Of a stretch of DNA of 64,000 nt, positions 19,976 through 37,592 are shown piece after piece; positions within the stretch are counted from its first letter, which is position 1, and the number at the start of each line of letters is the position of its first letter. The notes under the pieces were generated by a model that saw nothing but the letters and a program-made list of their open reading frames with translations, did not search any database and had not been told where the DNA came from. Origin of the DNA: the human T2T-CHM13v2.0 reference genome, Homo sapiens. The stretch is from NCBI RefSeq assembly GCF_009914755.1, contig NC_060936.1. One strand, written 5' to 3'. The position numbers and the translations under genes are program-made.

Positions 19976-20610
19976 ACAGTCAGGCCTCTGTAACCCTGGG
20001 TTCCACATTTGTGGTTTCAAACAACTGCAGATCAAAAAGATTTGGGGGAAAAAACGGTTGCTTGTGCCTGTACTGAACATATACACCATTTTTTTCTTGG
20101 TATTATTCCCTAAACAATACAGAACAATTATTTACATAGCAATTACATTGTATTAAGTATTATAGACCCAGTGCAGTTGCTCACACCTGTAATCCCAGCA
20201 CTTTGGGAGGCTGAGGCAGCCCAGAAATTTGAGACCAGCCTGGGCGACATAGTGAGACATTGTCTCTACAAAAAATTTAAGAATTAGCCATGTGTGATGG
20301 CCACACTCCTGTAGTCCCAACTACTCAGGAGGCTAAGGTGGGAGGATCCCTTGAGCCCAGGAAGTCAAAGCTGCAGCGAACCATGATTGCACCACTACGC
20401 TCCAGGCTGGATGACAAAGCGAGACCCTGTCTAGAAGAAAAAGAGGGGGATTATAATTGATATAACTAATCTAGAGGTGATTTTAAGTACATGGGACGAT
20501 GTACATAAGTTAAATGCAAATACTACACCATTTTATAGGGACTTAAGCATCATCCCAGGATTTTGGTATGCATGTGAGTGAGGTCCTGGAACCAATCCCC
20601 TACAGATACC
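19976..20610 (-). mobile_element. MER2 (Tigger-derived DNA element) interrupted by an AluJ-like element
   Basis: Ends TACAGTCAGGCCTCTG... and ...GGTCCTGGAACCAATCCCCTACAGATACC; interior matches the MER2 consensus as recalled. Confidence 0.8.
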
Positions 20611-20767
20611 AAACCATACTTTGCATGCCCTAGTAATAATCTCAAAATTGGAGACATCCTATTTAACTTACAAAACCACAATTTCGGGCCAGGCGCGGTG
20701 GCTCACACCCATAATGCCAGCACTTTGGGAGGCAGAGGCAGGTGGATCATTTGAGGTCAGGAGTTCA

Positions 20768-21125
<358 letters not shown>

Positions 21126-22481
21126 TTAGGAAGCAAGAAGAGGAGGGGGGAGGAAGATGTAAGGAGGAAGAGTACAGCTGATAATGAAACCAGCTGCCTG
21201 GGTGTCAAAAACGATAACAGTTGGGAGAAATGTGGCCAGGCTGTCAAGGAGTACTTATCTTTTAAACAAAAATATCACACATCAACCAGAGACATCAGAA
21301 TTAGAAGGGGCTGGTACCCATTAAATACAACTCTTCACCTTCTCCCATCAGCACTCTTGAGGCTTAACCAGCTTCCAAATCTCCCTGAATGCTCACAAGT
21401 CAGGGTCACTAAAGTCTTACTTCCAGTGACTATAGCTTCGTCTTTGTTCTTCCCAACTCTGTGTGAGCTTCCTCTAAACTTCCTCCTAACCAGAAGTTTA
21501 CAGCAGTGTGTTTCCTTTTGGGGGACAAACCTGGCCTCCTGATCTGACACCTCTATCATGGAACACAATGCCAAGCTCTGTGAACAATTTCAAAGACCCC
21601 TTTCTATTGGAATAAGAAAATTCCCTATTAGACTGGCCATGGTGGCTCACATCTGTAATCCCTTAGCACTTTGGGAGGCTGAGGCGGGAGGATTGCGTGA
21701 GCCCAAAAGCTTGAGACCAGCCTGGGCAACATAGCAAGAAACCCAGTCTCCATTAAAAAAAAAAAAAAATTACTTTTTTCCAAAAAAAAAAAAAAAAATC
21801 CCCTATTAAACCAGCCTATACCTACTTCTTGCCTCAGAAAATATGTTTTGTCCTCACACTTAAGTAGCTTTTCTCTGGCAAATATGAAGAATTTTCATTA
21901 GATTACATTCAACCCATTTTTCCTAATGATGGATATTGGCTCCCAAATGATGTAGATTGACCTTAACAACTTTAAGTAAATATTGTCCTCCAAGTTTCTT
22001 TTCCTAAAAGCAAAGAAAAATTAAGACAATATATACTACAAGATTCTCCAGCCTTTAACAAGCCTCTTTCTGCTCTTTGAAACCTGGTAAAGTTTTAATA
22101 ATTAACTTGTAGCTTTCTTCTTTCATTTCCTAGGAGTTTTAACAGCTATCAGCTTAGTAGAGATGAGACCAAAACAAACACAAACCTGACACAAAATGAC
22201 TTATCGGCAATAAGCACCAAAACAAGACTAAAAACCCTAATTTGTTCCTTATGCCAAAAAATATAAATTACTTTAACCTGAAATTAAAAGTGGAAGAGAA
22301 GTTAGGCCATTTTGATCATTGCTGGCCAATTGTTTTATATTCCATTATGATTTCATTAAAATATACCTTATTATATACATGTCATTTTATTGTATCTAGA
22401 ATATTCCTGATGATGCCTTGAAGGCTCTTCTTTGTGTCTCAAGGGGCCAATTAATGTAAATTGCTCCATAAATATTTGTTA

Positions 22482-22583
<102 letters not shown>

Positions 22584-23189
22584 TCAAGACCAGCCTGGGC
22601 AATATAGTGAGAACTCAACTCTACAAAAAAATTAAAAATTAGCTGAGCATGGTGGCGCAAGCCTGTAGTCCCAGCAACTCAGGAGGCTCTAGTGGGAGGA
22701 TCGCTTAAGCCTGGAATGTGGAGGTTGCAGTGAACCAAGACTGAACCACTGCACTCCAGCCTGGGCAAGAGAGCGAGACCCTGTCTCAAAAATATAAAAA
22801 TAAAGAATAAATGGCAGCCAGTAAGTGAGACATGGTCTGCATCTTCTAATTCATTATATTCCGCTCATTCAAATGCCCCTACCTTTTTTCCCAGAATGTT
22901 TTACTCAAACTACAGAGCCTCAGAGAGATGATAATAATGACAATATTAGGGCAGCAGACTTCCCTTTCTGCCTCAAACACACTCAGTTCTTTAAAGGTGT
23001 CATTCCCATGCCTCTCAGGGAAAAACAGATTACAAAGACATTGTCCTTCACTCTTACCAGGCCAACTTCCAACTTTAAATCCTAAAGAAGTATTAAACTG
23101 GTTGGGCACGGTGGCTGGCACCCAGGGGCTCAAGACAACCTGGGCAACCTAGTAAGACTCCATCTCCACAAAAAAATTTTTAAAAATTA

Positions 23190-23309
<120 letters not shown>

Positions 23310-23885
23310 TTACAGTGCCAGACCTTGTCTTGTGGGGGGTGGGAGGGGAAGTCTTGAACTCTCTTATTCCAAAACTAAACAACTAAACTTATACCAACTG
23401 CACTTCAACTAAATTTGGCCAGCATGCAGCTGAAGTAAGCAATGTTTTTTTTCATAAACTTAAAGTTTCTCATTTTCTGACTAGTTCCTAATAATGCTAT
23501 GTGTATAAATAGCCGCTTCTTTGAAGGGAAGAATTAGAAGACAAAGCAGTCTTCCACTGGTGTATCCCAGATAGCACCACGAGAATATGAGAAGGCTTTT
23601 TAAGGCCATAGGAAGGGCAGATATCTGTCAGCAGACATTTGTACGTATGTGCATGGTGAGGAGGCAGAGAATAAAGATGTCTTTGATTCAACAACACTCA
23701 CCCAAATTCTTAGCAATGAAAGTCAAACAAGAAAGATCTGGCAGGGCGCGGTGGCTCACACCACCCCAGCACTTCGGAAGGCCGATACAGGTGGATCACT
23801 TGAGGTCAGGAGTTCCAGACCAGCCTGGCCAACATGGTGAAACCCCGTCACTACTAAAAATACAAAAAAAATTCGCCAGGCATCA

Positions 23886-23990
<105 letters not shown>

Positions 23991-25189
23991 TCAAAAAACG
24001 AAAGAAAGAAAGAAAAAGATCCTACTTTGTAGATATAATTCTCTAACCTTCACTGAGTCATAACTGAACCAAAGCTGCCTACTAGCTTTGTAGAGTAATC
24101 CAAGGGACCACTGCTGATTTCCTAACATTAGAGTAAGATTAGATTCATAAGAAGCTTCCCCATTCCTTAACAAGAAGTGCTGCCAGGCTACCCAGAAATT
24201 CCCCTCCCGAGTCCCACTGCCATTCCGGAAACATGAGAAACCAAGTATGCTGCAATCATGGCCTTTTTAGTACTGGCTCCAAAATAAACTGAGTAGGCCA
24301 AGCAAGACTGTCAATGAAATACTGTCCAATGAAAAAATAAACAGCCGAAGGTTTCAGGTTTCATTTACCCAACACAGGTATCACAATAAATGACCTAGTA
24401 TAATGATAGTTTCCAACCGTATTTAATAAAACAAACACGCAGCAGAAATCCTCTAGTCACATATAACTACACTATACCCTCAGATCAAAGTTAATGATGT
24501 CAATGGAAAGTATAGGCCGGCGGGTTCACTGGTGATAAGTCATGAGACTCTGAGCAAAGAATAAGTAATAAGGTTAGAATTCTTTAGAAGTGTTAAGGGG
24601 AAAGAAGGTAACAACAACAAAAACTCCTCCACATCAAGAGTTCTAAGTACTTTGTTGTTTATTAACTAATTTCATACCAACAACCCTGTAAGACTGATAT
24701 TATCAATCCCCATTTTAAGTACGTGGAACAAAAGAAGAAAGAGGCAAACAACATGCTCAAAGATTTACAAAGCCAAGAAATCATGCGAACTGGTGGGGCT
24801 TCGGGTTCCAGAAGTCAATGTAAACATAGCTTCTCCATTTTTCACCAACAGTCACTAAAATTGAGGCCAGCAAGTTTTTAGAAGCCTATCTCCCCTTGCA
24901 AACTCTCCTTCCATATAATTTTTGCTTTTGCAAGAGATGTCACATTTAAGCGGTAGCTTTAAAAGTGGGGACACATGAAACGCACAGCTGGGAGAGCCAT
25001 CCAGCCCACTTACATATGTGCAATATCCCCCTGTAGAAAAACCCTGCTCATTGGAGCCTGGAATCCAGAGGGTCCCTGAGAGCTACACAAACAGCCTTAA
25101 AACCAATCTACCCACAATTACTGAGCCGCGTATGCAGGCTATTCACACAGAAGGCGCTCCCTGAAGTCGGTTAGGTTATAATGAGTCTT

Positions 25190-26040
25190 TTGTTGAAGCG
25201 GGGCGGCGGGAGGCCCCGGAGAGCAGCCCGGCCCCCTGCGGCGCCGACGAAGAGGCCACGAAAGACCTTGCCCTGTGCCCGTCGGCCTCTTTCGAGGCGT
25301 CGAAGCAGGTCAGCGCACCCCGACACAGGCCGGGCGCGCCATCCGGTGCAGCTGGGAGCTGGGCCATGTGTCCTAGGCCGCGGCGGGGAAGGGGCGAGAC
25401 CCCCGCGACCTCCGGCGTTCCCTCCCTGCCCCCATCTTTGGGTCTTTCTCTGAATGGCGCGACTCCATCAGTCCTGGACTCTGGGCCTGAGGCCCTCCCT
25501 GGCCACACCTCCCCTCACAGCCCCGCACGGCGAGCCGGTGTCGCATCCTAGCCCCGGAGCCTGACCCCCGACACAGGCCCTCGAGCCGCCCCGCGCCCCT
25601 CCCTGCCAGCGAGCGGAATGCCGTGACCCCTGACCTTGCCTTCCCCTCACCTTACCAGCTCCGCAACCACCTGACACGCCGCCCCCGCGCCCAGGGCTCC
25701 ATATTCCGGGAGCCAGCGCCAAGCTGGCTAACGCCCTCCCCTCCCCGCGATTGGTCGACAGGACGGCAGCCGCACATCCCTATTGGCTGGAGTCCCTGCA
25801 GCGGCCGGGATGCGTGGCCCGCAGACCAGGGACCTAGGCTCCGCCCACGCGGAGTCTGGATGCGGCGGCCCCTGGGGCACGCGGCGGCCCCTGGGGCACC
25901 CGGCGGGAGCTGCATGCTGCCTAGTTGCTGCTTGCGTTGGCCAGACCCACACAGCCCCTGGACTGGGGAGCTCCAGTCCGCTAGCAGTCTGGGGACAGAT
26001 AAGATTCCTGCCCTAGTTCGCCGTGGCGCCACGTTAGGTA
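25190..26040 (-). promoter_or_regulatory. SLC11A2: CpG-island promoter of SLC11A2 exon 1B
   Basis: Very high CpG/GC content; CCAAT boxes on the minus strand at 25750-25754 and 25782-25786; GC box CTCCGCCCA about 25839-25847; GATA motif about 25998-26003; ACGTG (minus) 26030-26034. Confidence 0.9.
25651..25710 (-). other. SLC11A2: SLC11A2 exon 1B (5' UTR exon; 5' end approximate)
   Basis: Lies in a CpG island downstream of two CCAAT boxes and a GC box. Ends ...GGTTGCGGAGCTGGTAAG|gtgagg. The TSS cannot be fixed from sequence alone. Confidence 0.85.
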
Positions 26041-27514
26041 CTGACAATCAAGCTACGAGGTATAGCTCTATCCTGTAAAGGGTAGCCAGGCCAGGCGCGG
26101 AGGCTCACACTTGTAATGCCCAGCACTTTGGGAGACCGAGGCGGGAGGATCACTTGAGTCCAGGAGTTCGATACCAGCCTGGGCAACATAGTGAGACCCG
26201 GTCTCTACAAAAAATTTTAAAATTAGCCAAGCAAAGGCCGGGCGCGGTGGCTCACGCCTGTACTCCCAGCACTTTGGAGGGCCCAGGCGGGCGAATCACC
26301 TGAGATCGGGAGTTTGAGACCAGCCTGACCAACATGGAGAAACCCCGTCTTTACTAAAAATACAAAATTAGCCGGGCGTGGTGGCGCATGCCTGTAATCC
26401 CAGCTACTCGGGAGGCTGAGGCAAGAGAATCGCTTGAACCCGGGAGGCGGAGGTGCGGTGAGCCGAGATCGCGCCATTGCACTCCAGCCTTGGAAACAAG
26501 AGCGAAAACTCCGTCTAAAAAAAAAAAAAATTAGCCAGGCATCACGGCGCCCGCCTGTGGTCCCAGCTACTCGGGGGCTGAGGTGGGAGAATCACTTGGG
26601 CCTGGGAGGTGGAGGCTGCGGTGAGACAAGATCGTGCCACTGCACTCCAGCCTGGGTGGCAGAGCAAAACCCTGTCTCAAAAAAAAAGGATAGCCACCTG
26701 GAAGGAACATTTCCTCGCGCCCCCAGAGCCACATCATAGTATCTGCTGCCCCACCAAGAGCACCCCACACCTGGGAGGAACCGAGAAACATCAGCTAGTG
26801 CAGCCGGTTTGACCGCCTTAGGTGTCCTCCCAAGCCTCCGTAGTGAATTGTTTTCCTCCTCGCCCAGCTGACTCGATTCTCCCCAGACTTCATCCTACCT
26901 ACCCAAAAGCAATCCCACTCTATCGCCAGTTTCAGCCTCACACCGTATCTTTTGCTCTGAAGATGAGACTGCCAAACTGGTGAAGAGGGAATAAATGGCC
27001 TAACAAATTACCGTAATTTTCTGCAATGTCGTTTACAGCCACCAAAAACATTAGATCCTCCCGCCACCCTCACTCCCCGACCCCTCGCACTGCTTACAGC
27101 ATTAAAGGTAATTGAGCTTCTTTATTCACGTAAAAACAGCTAGGAGAAAATTTCATTAGTAAGAGAGACCAAGAAATGAGGAAAGGAGCGTGAACTGCAA
27201 AGAGAAAAATCCAAATAAAGTGCGAAGTAAAAACAAACTCGGGGACCAAAAAAAAGGGGGGGGGGGGCTTGGCTTCCTGGAGCAGGTTGGTTTTCATACA
27301 GAATTTCTCCTGGAGAAAAAAGAAAATGCACAAATTAGTTCTGAGATTCTCGCTACAGTACATCTGTGGAGTTTCAGAAAGGTTTGATGAAGTTCCTCCA
27401 GATCGGAACCTTTCCTTTGGCAACTTCTATTATAACTAGAAAATAAAATTGCTAGAGCTGTACTTGTCACCCTTTCAGGTCTGCTCAGCTGGGCAGCTTC
27501 CCTGGGCTACTTAC

Positions 27515-27563
27515 TTAGTTCACAGTGTGGAGCTGCCTCCGTCTTCAGCTGCTTCTTCCTCAT
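27515..27563 (-). CDS. SLC11A2: SLC11A2 exon 1A coding part (MRKKQLKTEAAPHCEL-K), N-terminal extension of DMT1-1A isoforms
   Basis: Minus strand reads ACC ATG AGG AAG AAG CAG CTG AAG ACG GAG GCA GCT CCA CAC TGT GAA CTA A|gtaagt. The 49 nt splice in frame to exon 2, giving the known 29-aa extension MRKKQLKTEAAPHCELKSYSKNSATQVST. Confidence 0.95.
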
Positions 27564-27599
27564 GGTGCAGAACTAGTTTGACTTTCCCAATGCCAGCTC

Positions 27600-28100
27600 C
27601 TGCCTCTATATATGAAGACAAGTGCGCCTCCCTCAGTTAGATAAAGGGCACTTTTGGGTGCTCTAAGCAACACAGCTTTCTAAAGACGAGCAAGGAATTT
27701 CAAGAGGCAAACCACGCCCTCCAAAGCCTAATCAGATTTCATCTTTGACCTGTCGTGAAAAGAGAAGCATTATATATCTGCCACTCCTAGATATTAATTA
27801 ACAATTTATTGAGTTCAAAAATTTTATTCTAAGATTTCATCTCTGTACCATTTGGCAGGAGCAAGAGTAGGTGGCAAGCCTGTGAGTGCCAGTGGTTGAA
27901 AGGGGTGGAGTAAGAAATTGCTTCCCTTCTCTGCTCCTCTTGGAGTGCAGCTGGTTCAGGCTCCACAGGTGCACTAGGACTCTGCTCCTCTGAGACGTGA
28001 GGTGAAACCATTAACCCCAAGCCTGACAGTGCACTTGTATTTTCCATATAGGTACGTGCAGCACTGAGGCAATTATGAGGAGTCTCAGAACGTGGGTGGA
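27600..28100 (-). promoter_or_regulatory. SLC11A2: Non-CpG-island promoter of SLC11A2 exon 1A
   Basis: Immediately upstream of exon 1A. TATA-like TATATA motifs (about 27607-27613, 27771-27777), AGATAA 27639-27644, RCGTG cores at 27713-27717, 27995-27999, 28054-28058 and 28090-28094. Confidence 0.7.
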
Positions 28101-28557
28101 AATGCTGCCTGCTCTATTATCCCTCCGGATCTAAAGGACCCTCTGGCTTCAGCCTGGTCAATCAGTGATCCACGAGCAGACATCAGAGCCACGCAAACTC
28201 CGGACTTGGTGCCTGATGGAAAAGAAAAAGAAAGGAAAAAAACCCAGAGACTACAAGACAGAAGTCCAGGGCAAGCCTAGAATTTCTCAATCTGGGAGGA
28301 GGGGAGCTGAAAGAATGGGGAAATTTTGCCTCAGGGAAATAACTTAGACGACAAAGCTGCATAGGAGAAGCATTGGGGTGGCGTAAAATACAGGAGAGAA
28401 GAAAACAGTTTCTTGCAGGTAGCAGGCAGTTTTCTAGAAGTTTTCAAGAAAATCTGCTTAGTACCATAAAAACATAATAGCTTAGAATGGAAAAGAAAGA
28501 AAAGCAGTAATCGATTCAAATAAGTCAATGCAGGCTTCCAGCAAGTGGTTCTGGTTC

Positions 28558-30431
<1,874 letters not shown>

Positions 30432-30531
30432 TTGGACACAGCAAGAAAACAGGGTCTCCCTATATTGCCCAGGCTGGTTTCAAACTTCAGGACTCAAGGG
30501 ATCCACCTGCCTTGGCCTTCCAAAGTGCTGA

Positions 30532-30774
<243 letters not shown>

Positions 30775-31187
30775 TGACCTTGTGATCTGCCCGCCTCAGC
30801 CTCCCAAAGTGCTGGCATGACAGGCGTGAGCCACTGCGCCCAGCCAGAATTTTTAAAAAATAGAATAGAAAATATCAGAGAATGTCACAGGCACTAAGGT
30901 AGGTATCGTTTTGTGCAACTTTAAGAGTGTGTGCGTGTGTGTGTATGTATGTACGGGGTTACTGTAAAATATATTTCTTGGCTGGACACGGTGGCTCTCA
31001 CCTATAATCTCAGCACTTTGGGAGGCCAAGGCAGAAGGATCACTTGAGCCCAGGAGTTCAAAACCAGCCAGGGCAACATAATGAGATCCTATCTTTACAA
31101 AAAATAAAAAATTAGGCCAGGCGCAGTGGCTCACACCTGTAATTCCAGCATTTTGGGAGGCTGAGGTGGGCCGATCACTTGAGCTCA

Positions 31188-31394
<207 letters not shown>

Positions 31395-31397
31395 TCA

Positions 31398-31585
<188 letters not shown>

Positions 31586-31655
31586 TCAGCCAGGCATGGT
31601 AGCCTGCTCCTGTAGTCCCAGCTACTCTGGAGGCTGAGGCAGGAGGATCCCTTGA

Positions 31656-32002
<347 letters not shown>

Positions 32003-33022
32003 TAGGCGTGAGCCACCGCGCCTGGCCTGAGACCCCATCTCTTAAAAAAAAAAAATTAGCCAGGCTCAGTGGCTCACACCTATAATCTGAGCACTTTGGG
32101 AAGCTGAGACAGGAGGATCCTTTGAGCCCAGGAATTCAAGGTTGCAGTGAGCTATGATTATACCTCTGCACTCCAGCCTGGGTAGCAGAGTGAGACTGTG
32201 TTTCAAAAAAAAAAAAATTACTAAATAAAAAAAAATGTATGCCCTACCTCACATAATTGTGTTAAAATTAAGTGATATGTAAATACAAGATTATTTTATA
32301 AACTATAAAAATGTTCATAAGTCTTAGGTAAAAACCTGTATATAATATTAAGTAAACAAGTGAAATTCGACGTAGTAGAAATTATACAGCTAAATGTGCA
32401 TTAGGTATGGTTTTGTTTTGTTGTGTTTTGTGATTGTCAATGACAGAAACCCAATTCAAACTGCTTGTGCTCAAAAGGAGCTGAATCACTCACATAAACT
32501 GGGAAACCCAACAACACAGCTCACTGTAGGCAGGACTGAAGCTGGGGACCCAGATATCACCAAGTCACTGTCCACCTGTCCGTTTCCTTTTTTCCCTCCC
32601 CCACCCCTCCTCCTTCTTTTTTTTTTTTTTTTGTAATAGGGACAGGGTCTCATTTTGTTGCCCAGGCTGATCTCACACTTCTGGTTTCAAGCGATCCTCC
32701 TGCCTCAACATCCCAAAATTCTGGGATTACAGGCTAGGGCCACTGCACCAGGCCCTGTCTCTTTCTTTCTATTTCTCACTCTCTAGTCTCTGCTTTAGAA
32801 TCAGTGTGGTTTTGTTCTCAGGCAGGTTTCCCTGCATGATAGAACAGTGACCACCATCTGCACTGGGCTGACTTGGTCCTTTTTCCTATAGTTCCAGCAA
32901 AAGTCCCAGGGAAACTTACTCAGGAGGCTGAGGCAGGAGGAACACATGGGCCCAGGAGGCAGAGGTTGCAGTGAGATTGCACCACTGCACTCCAGCCTGG
33001 GCAACAGAGCAAGACTCTGTCT

Positions 33023-33054
<32 letters not shown>

Positions 33055-33284
33055 CAAAAAAGATGAGTAGTGTCCTAGCCTAGACTCCAAGAAGTCTTTC
33101 CAGACTAACACAGAAAGCTCTGCCTGCTACCTAGCTTGGGTCATGAGCCAGTCCCAAACCAAAAACAGTGACCATGGGGTGCCTGGGACACAAGCTGATC
33201 CTTGGAGGCAGGGGGTGGGGTCAGCCCTGCTTGAGTCACCTGAACTGAAAAAGAGGTTGGTGGCGGAGTCTTCTCAAGGGGTAG

Positions 33285-33969
<685 letters not shown>

Positions 33970-34328
33970 TAGGACACTACTGATCTTGCTGTTAGTTTCT
34001 TCTGTTTAATTTTCTCATATGCCAATCAATGCAGTAAGGATACACAACATATATGTTCATTTAATTTAGTTTCATTCATTTAACAAGTGCACTATTTGTA
34101 GATAATCTACTATGTTCCAGGCACTGATTCTGGGCAGTGGGATATAGCAATGATAAAGACATAAAAAGTTCCTGTTCTCTGAAAACGTATATTCTGTGGG
34201 GCAGACAGATAACAACCAGTCAATAAGTATACATCGATAAGTACAGATCATTAAATTTTATTAAAAACAAATTTAAAAATCAGGAAATGGAGCAGGGAGA
34301 TCAGGACTATTTCAGAAGAGATGGTTAA

Positions 34329-34607
<279 letters not shown>

Positions 34608-35163
34608 TGATCCGCCCGCCTCAGCCTCCCAAAGTGCTGGGATTACAGGCGTGAGCCACCGCGCCCGGCCACTTTTCGTTTTGTTTTTTTGAGAGAGAGT
34701 CTCACTCTTACCCAGGCTGGAGGGCAGTGGTGCGATCTCAGCTCACTGCAACCTCTGCCTCCTGGGTTCAAGCAATTCTCCTGCCTCCCTGAGTAGCTGG
34801 GATTACAGGCGCATGCCACCACGCCTGGGTAACTTTTGTATTTTTAGTAGAGATGGGGTTTCACCATGTTGCCCAGGGTGGTCTCAAACTCCTTACCTCA
34901 AGTGATCCACCCACCCTGGCCTCCTAAAGTGCTGGAATTACAGGTGTGAGCCACTGCATCCAGCCCATGTACATTTCTTAATGAATATATATGAAATATG
35001 TTAACCTTTTTTTCTACATTGAAACAATTTTTATGACAGTGATATCAAACTGCAAAATCCTTGAGGCCTTTCTAATATTGATTCAGCTAGGTAAGACATT
35101 TATGAGTCTTGCTGAATGTGCAAATGCATTTAAATTGAGAGCACAGCCGGGTGCAGTAGCTCA

Positions 35164-35430
<267 letters not shown>

Positions 35431-36835
35431 TTAAAAAATAGTAAAAATAAATAAATAAATTGAGAGCACTTTGAGGCAAGGGCTTCCTTTCTTTTATAGG
35501 AACTGAACACAGAGGAAGCTCAGTAAATGGTGCTAGTGGAACAACGGGGGTACCACAGTGAATATCAATACTGATGAGAGGGCCCCCAGGTGACCCTGCC
35601 AAAGCTGGGTGGGGAAAATTTTCCTCAAAGAGTTTCCTTAACTCTGTCCTTTTGCTCTAATTGCTGTGGACGTGCCAGGCAGCACAAAGTGACTCCTGAG
35701 GGTGGTTCCTGCTGATGCTGGGTAAAGGTCCACTTATTGAGAGCTAAGTGCTAACACAAAGTAAAAACTCCTCTGATTTCAAGCGTTAGTGAGGCTTATG
35801 TTGCTTGGAGGAGAAAAAGCTTGGAGTGGGGCACATGTGTGGAGGATGGAAAAGGAGAGGATGGGAGAAGTCAGAAGAGACCCACCCTACCTAGTTGATT
35901 GATGACAGTTTCCCTGAACTTGGAACCCCTATAGCAAATACATACTAGGCACTGCTTGTCACCCAGTGATGCCTTTATCCTTGAATTGCACCGACTTTGA
36001 TGTGTTTGATGTTAATTCTTTACTATATACAGTAGTTCTAGATTGCTCTTTTTTATTGTTATATGGTTTGTCCTTTGCTTATCTGTTTTATTAATTTTCA
36101 GAGTATAAATTCTTAGACTATATTTGTGAATAATACATTCTAAATTTAGTTCAGTGTCTACCTTAATTGCCCATTGCAAGCAATCACTGATAAAAACTTT
36201 TCTGTTTTTTGTTCGTTTGTTTTTAAGACAAAGTCTCACTCTGTCACCCAGGATGGAATACAGTGGCATGATCTTGGCTAACTGCAACCTCCCGGGTTCA
36301 AGCAATTCTCCTGCCTCAGCCTCCCAAGTAGCTGGGATTACAGGTGCATGCCACCATGCCCGGCTAATTTTTGTATTTTTAGTAGAGACGGGGTTTCACC
36401 ATGTTGGCCAGGCTGGTCTTGAACTCCTGACCTCGTAATCCACCTGCCTCAGCCTCCCAAAGTGCTGGGATTACAGGCATAAGCCACTGCGCCCGGCCCC
36501 CCCACTTGCTTCTTTAAAGGCCTTCAGTGAACCAAGATCACCACTGCACTCCAGCCTGGTGACAGAGCGAGACTCTGTCTCAAAAAAAAAATAAGGCCTT
36601 TGAAGAGCTATTCTAAGCCTGGGGCCTTTTATATTCCCATTCTCTTCAAGAAAAAGACTCTGAGGGAGGAGATTAGAAGCAGAGAGTCCCAAAGATGGTG
36701 AAGAATCACATAATGAGGCGCTGAAGTATCAGAAGACAGAAAAGGAATAGGCAAAAATAAACTCCAGGGCAATTAAATATCTAAAGTTGTAAAAACAAAA
36801 CAAAACAAAACACCAACCAACTTCAAAATTATCTG

Positions 36836-37283
<448 letters not shown>

Positions 37284-37376
37284 TTATAATCAACATAAAA
37301 TTTTAACAATAAAATTATGAAAAAGCAGAAGTAAAAATGGACCATTCTGATTCAATTGACTATTAAAAATATTTAA

Positions 37377-37592
<216 letters not shown>

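Noticed and set aside
25176-26078. Overlapping 60-151 aa ORFs in the SLC11A2 1B CpG island
   Set aside because: Stop-codon depletion in GC-rich DNA; only the ATG-initiated 16-aa uORF was retained.
27516-27535. CAGTGT loop resembling an iron-responsive element at exon 1A
   Set aside because: It is on the antisense strand, has an A-G mismatch at the loop base and lacks the bulged C. The real DMT1 IRE is in the 3' UTR, outside this window.
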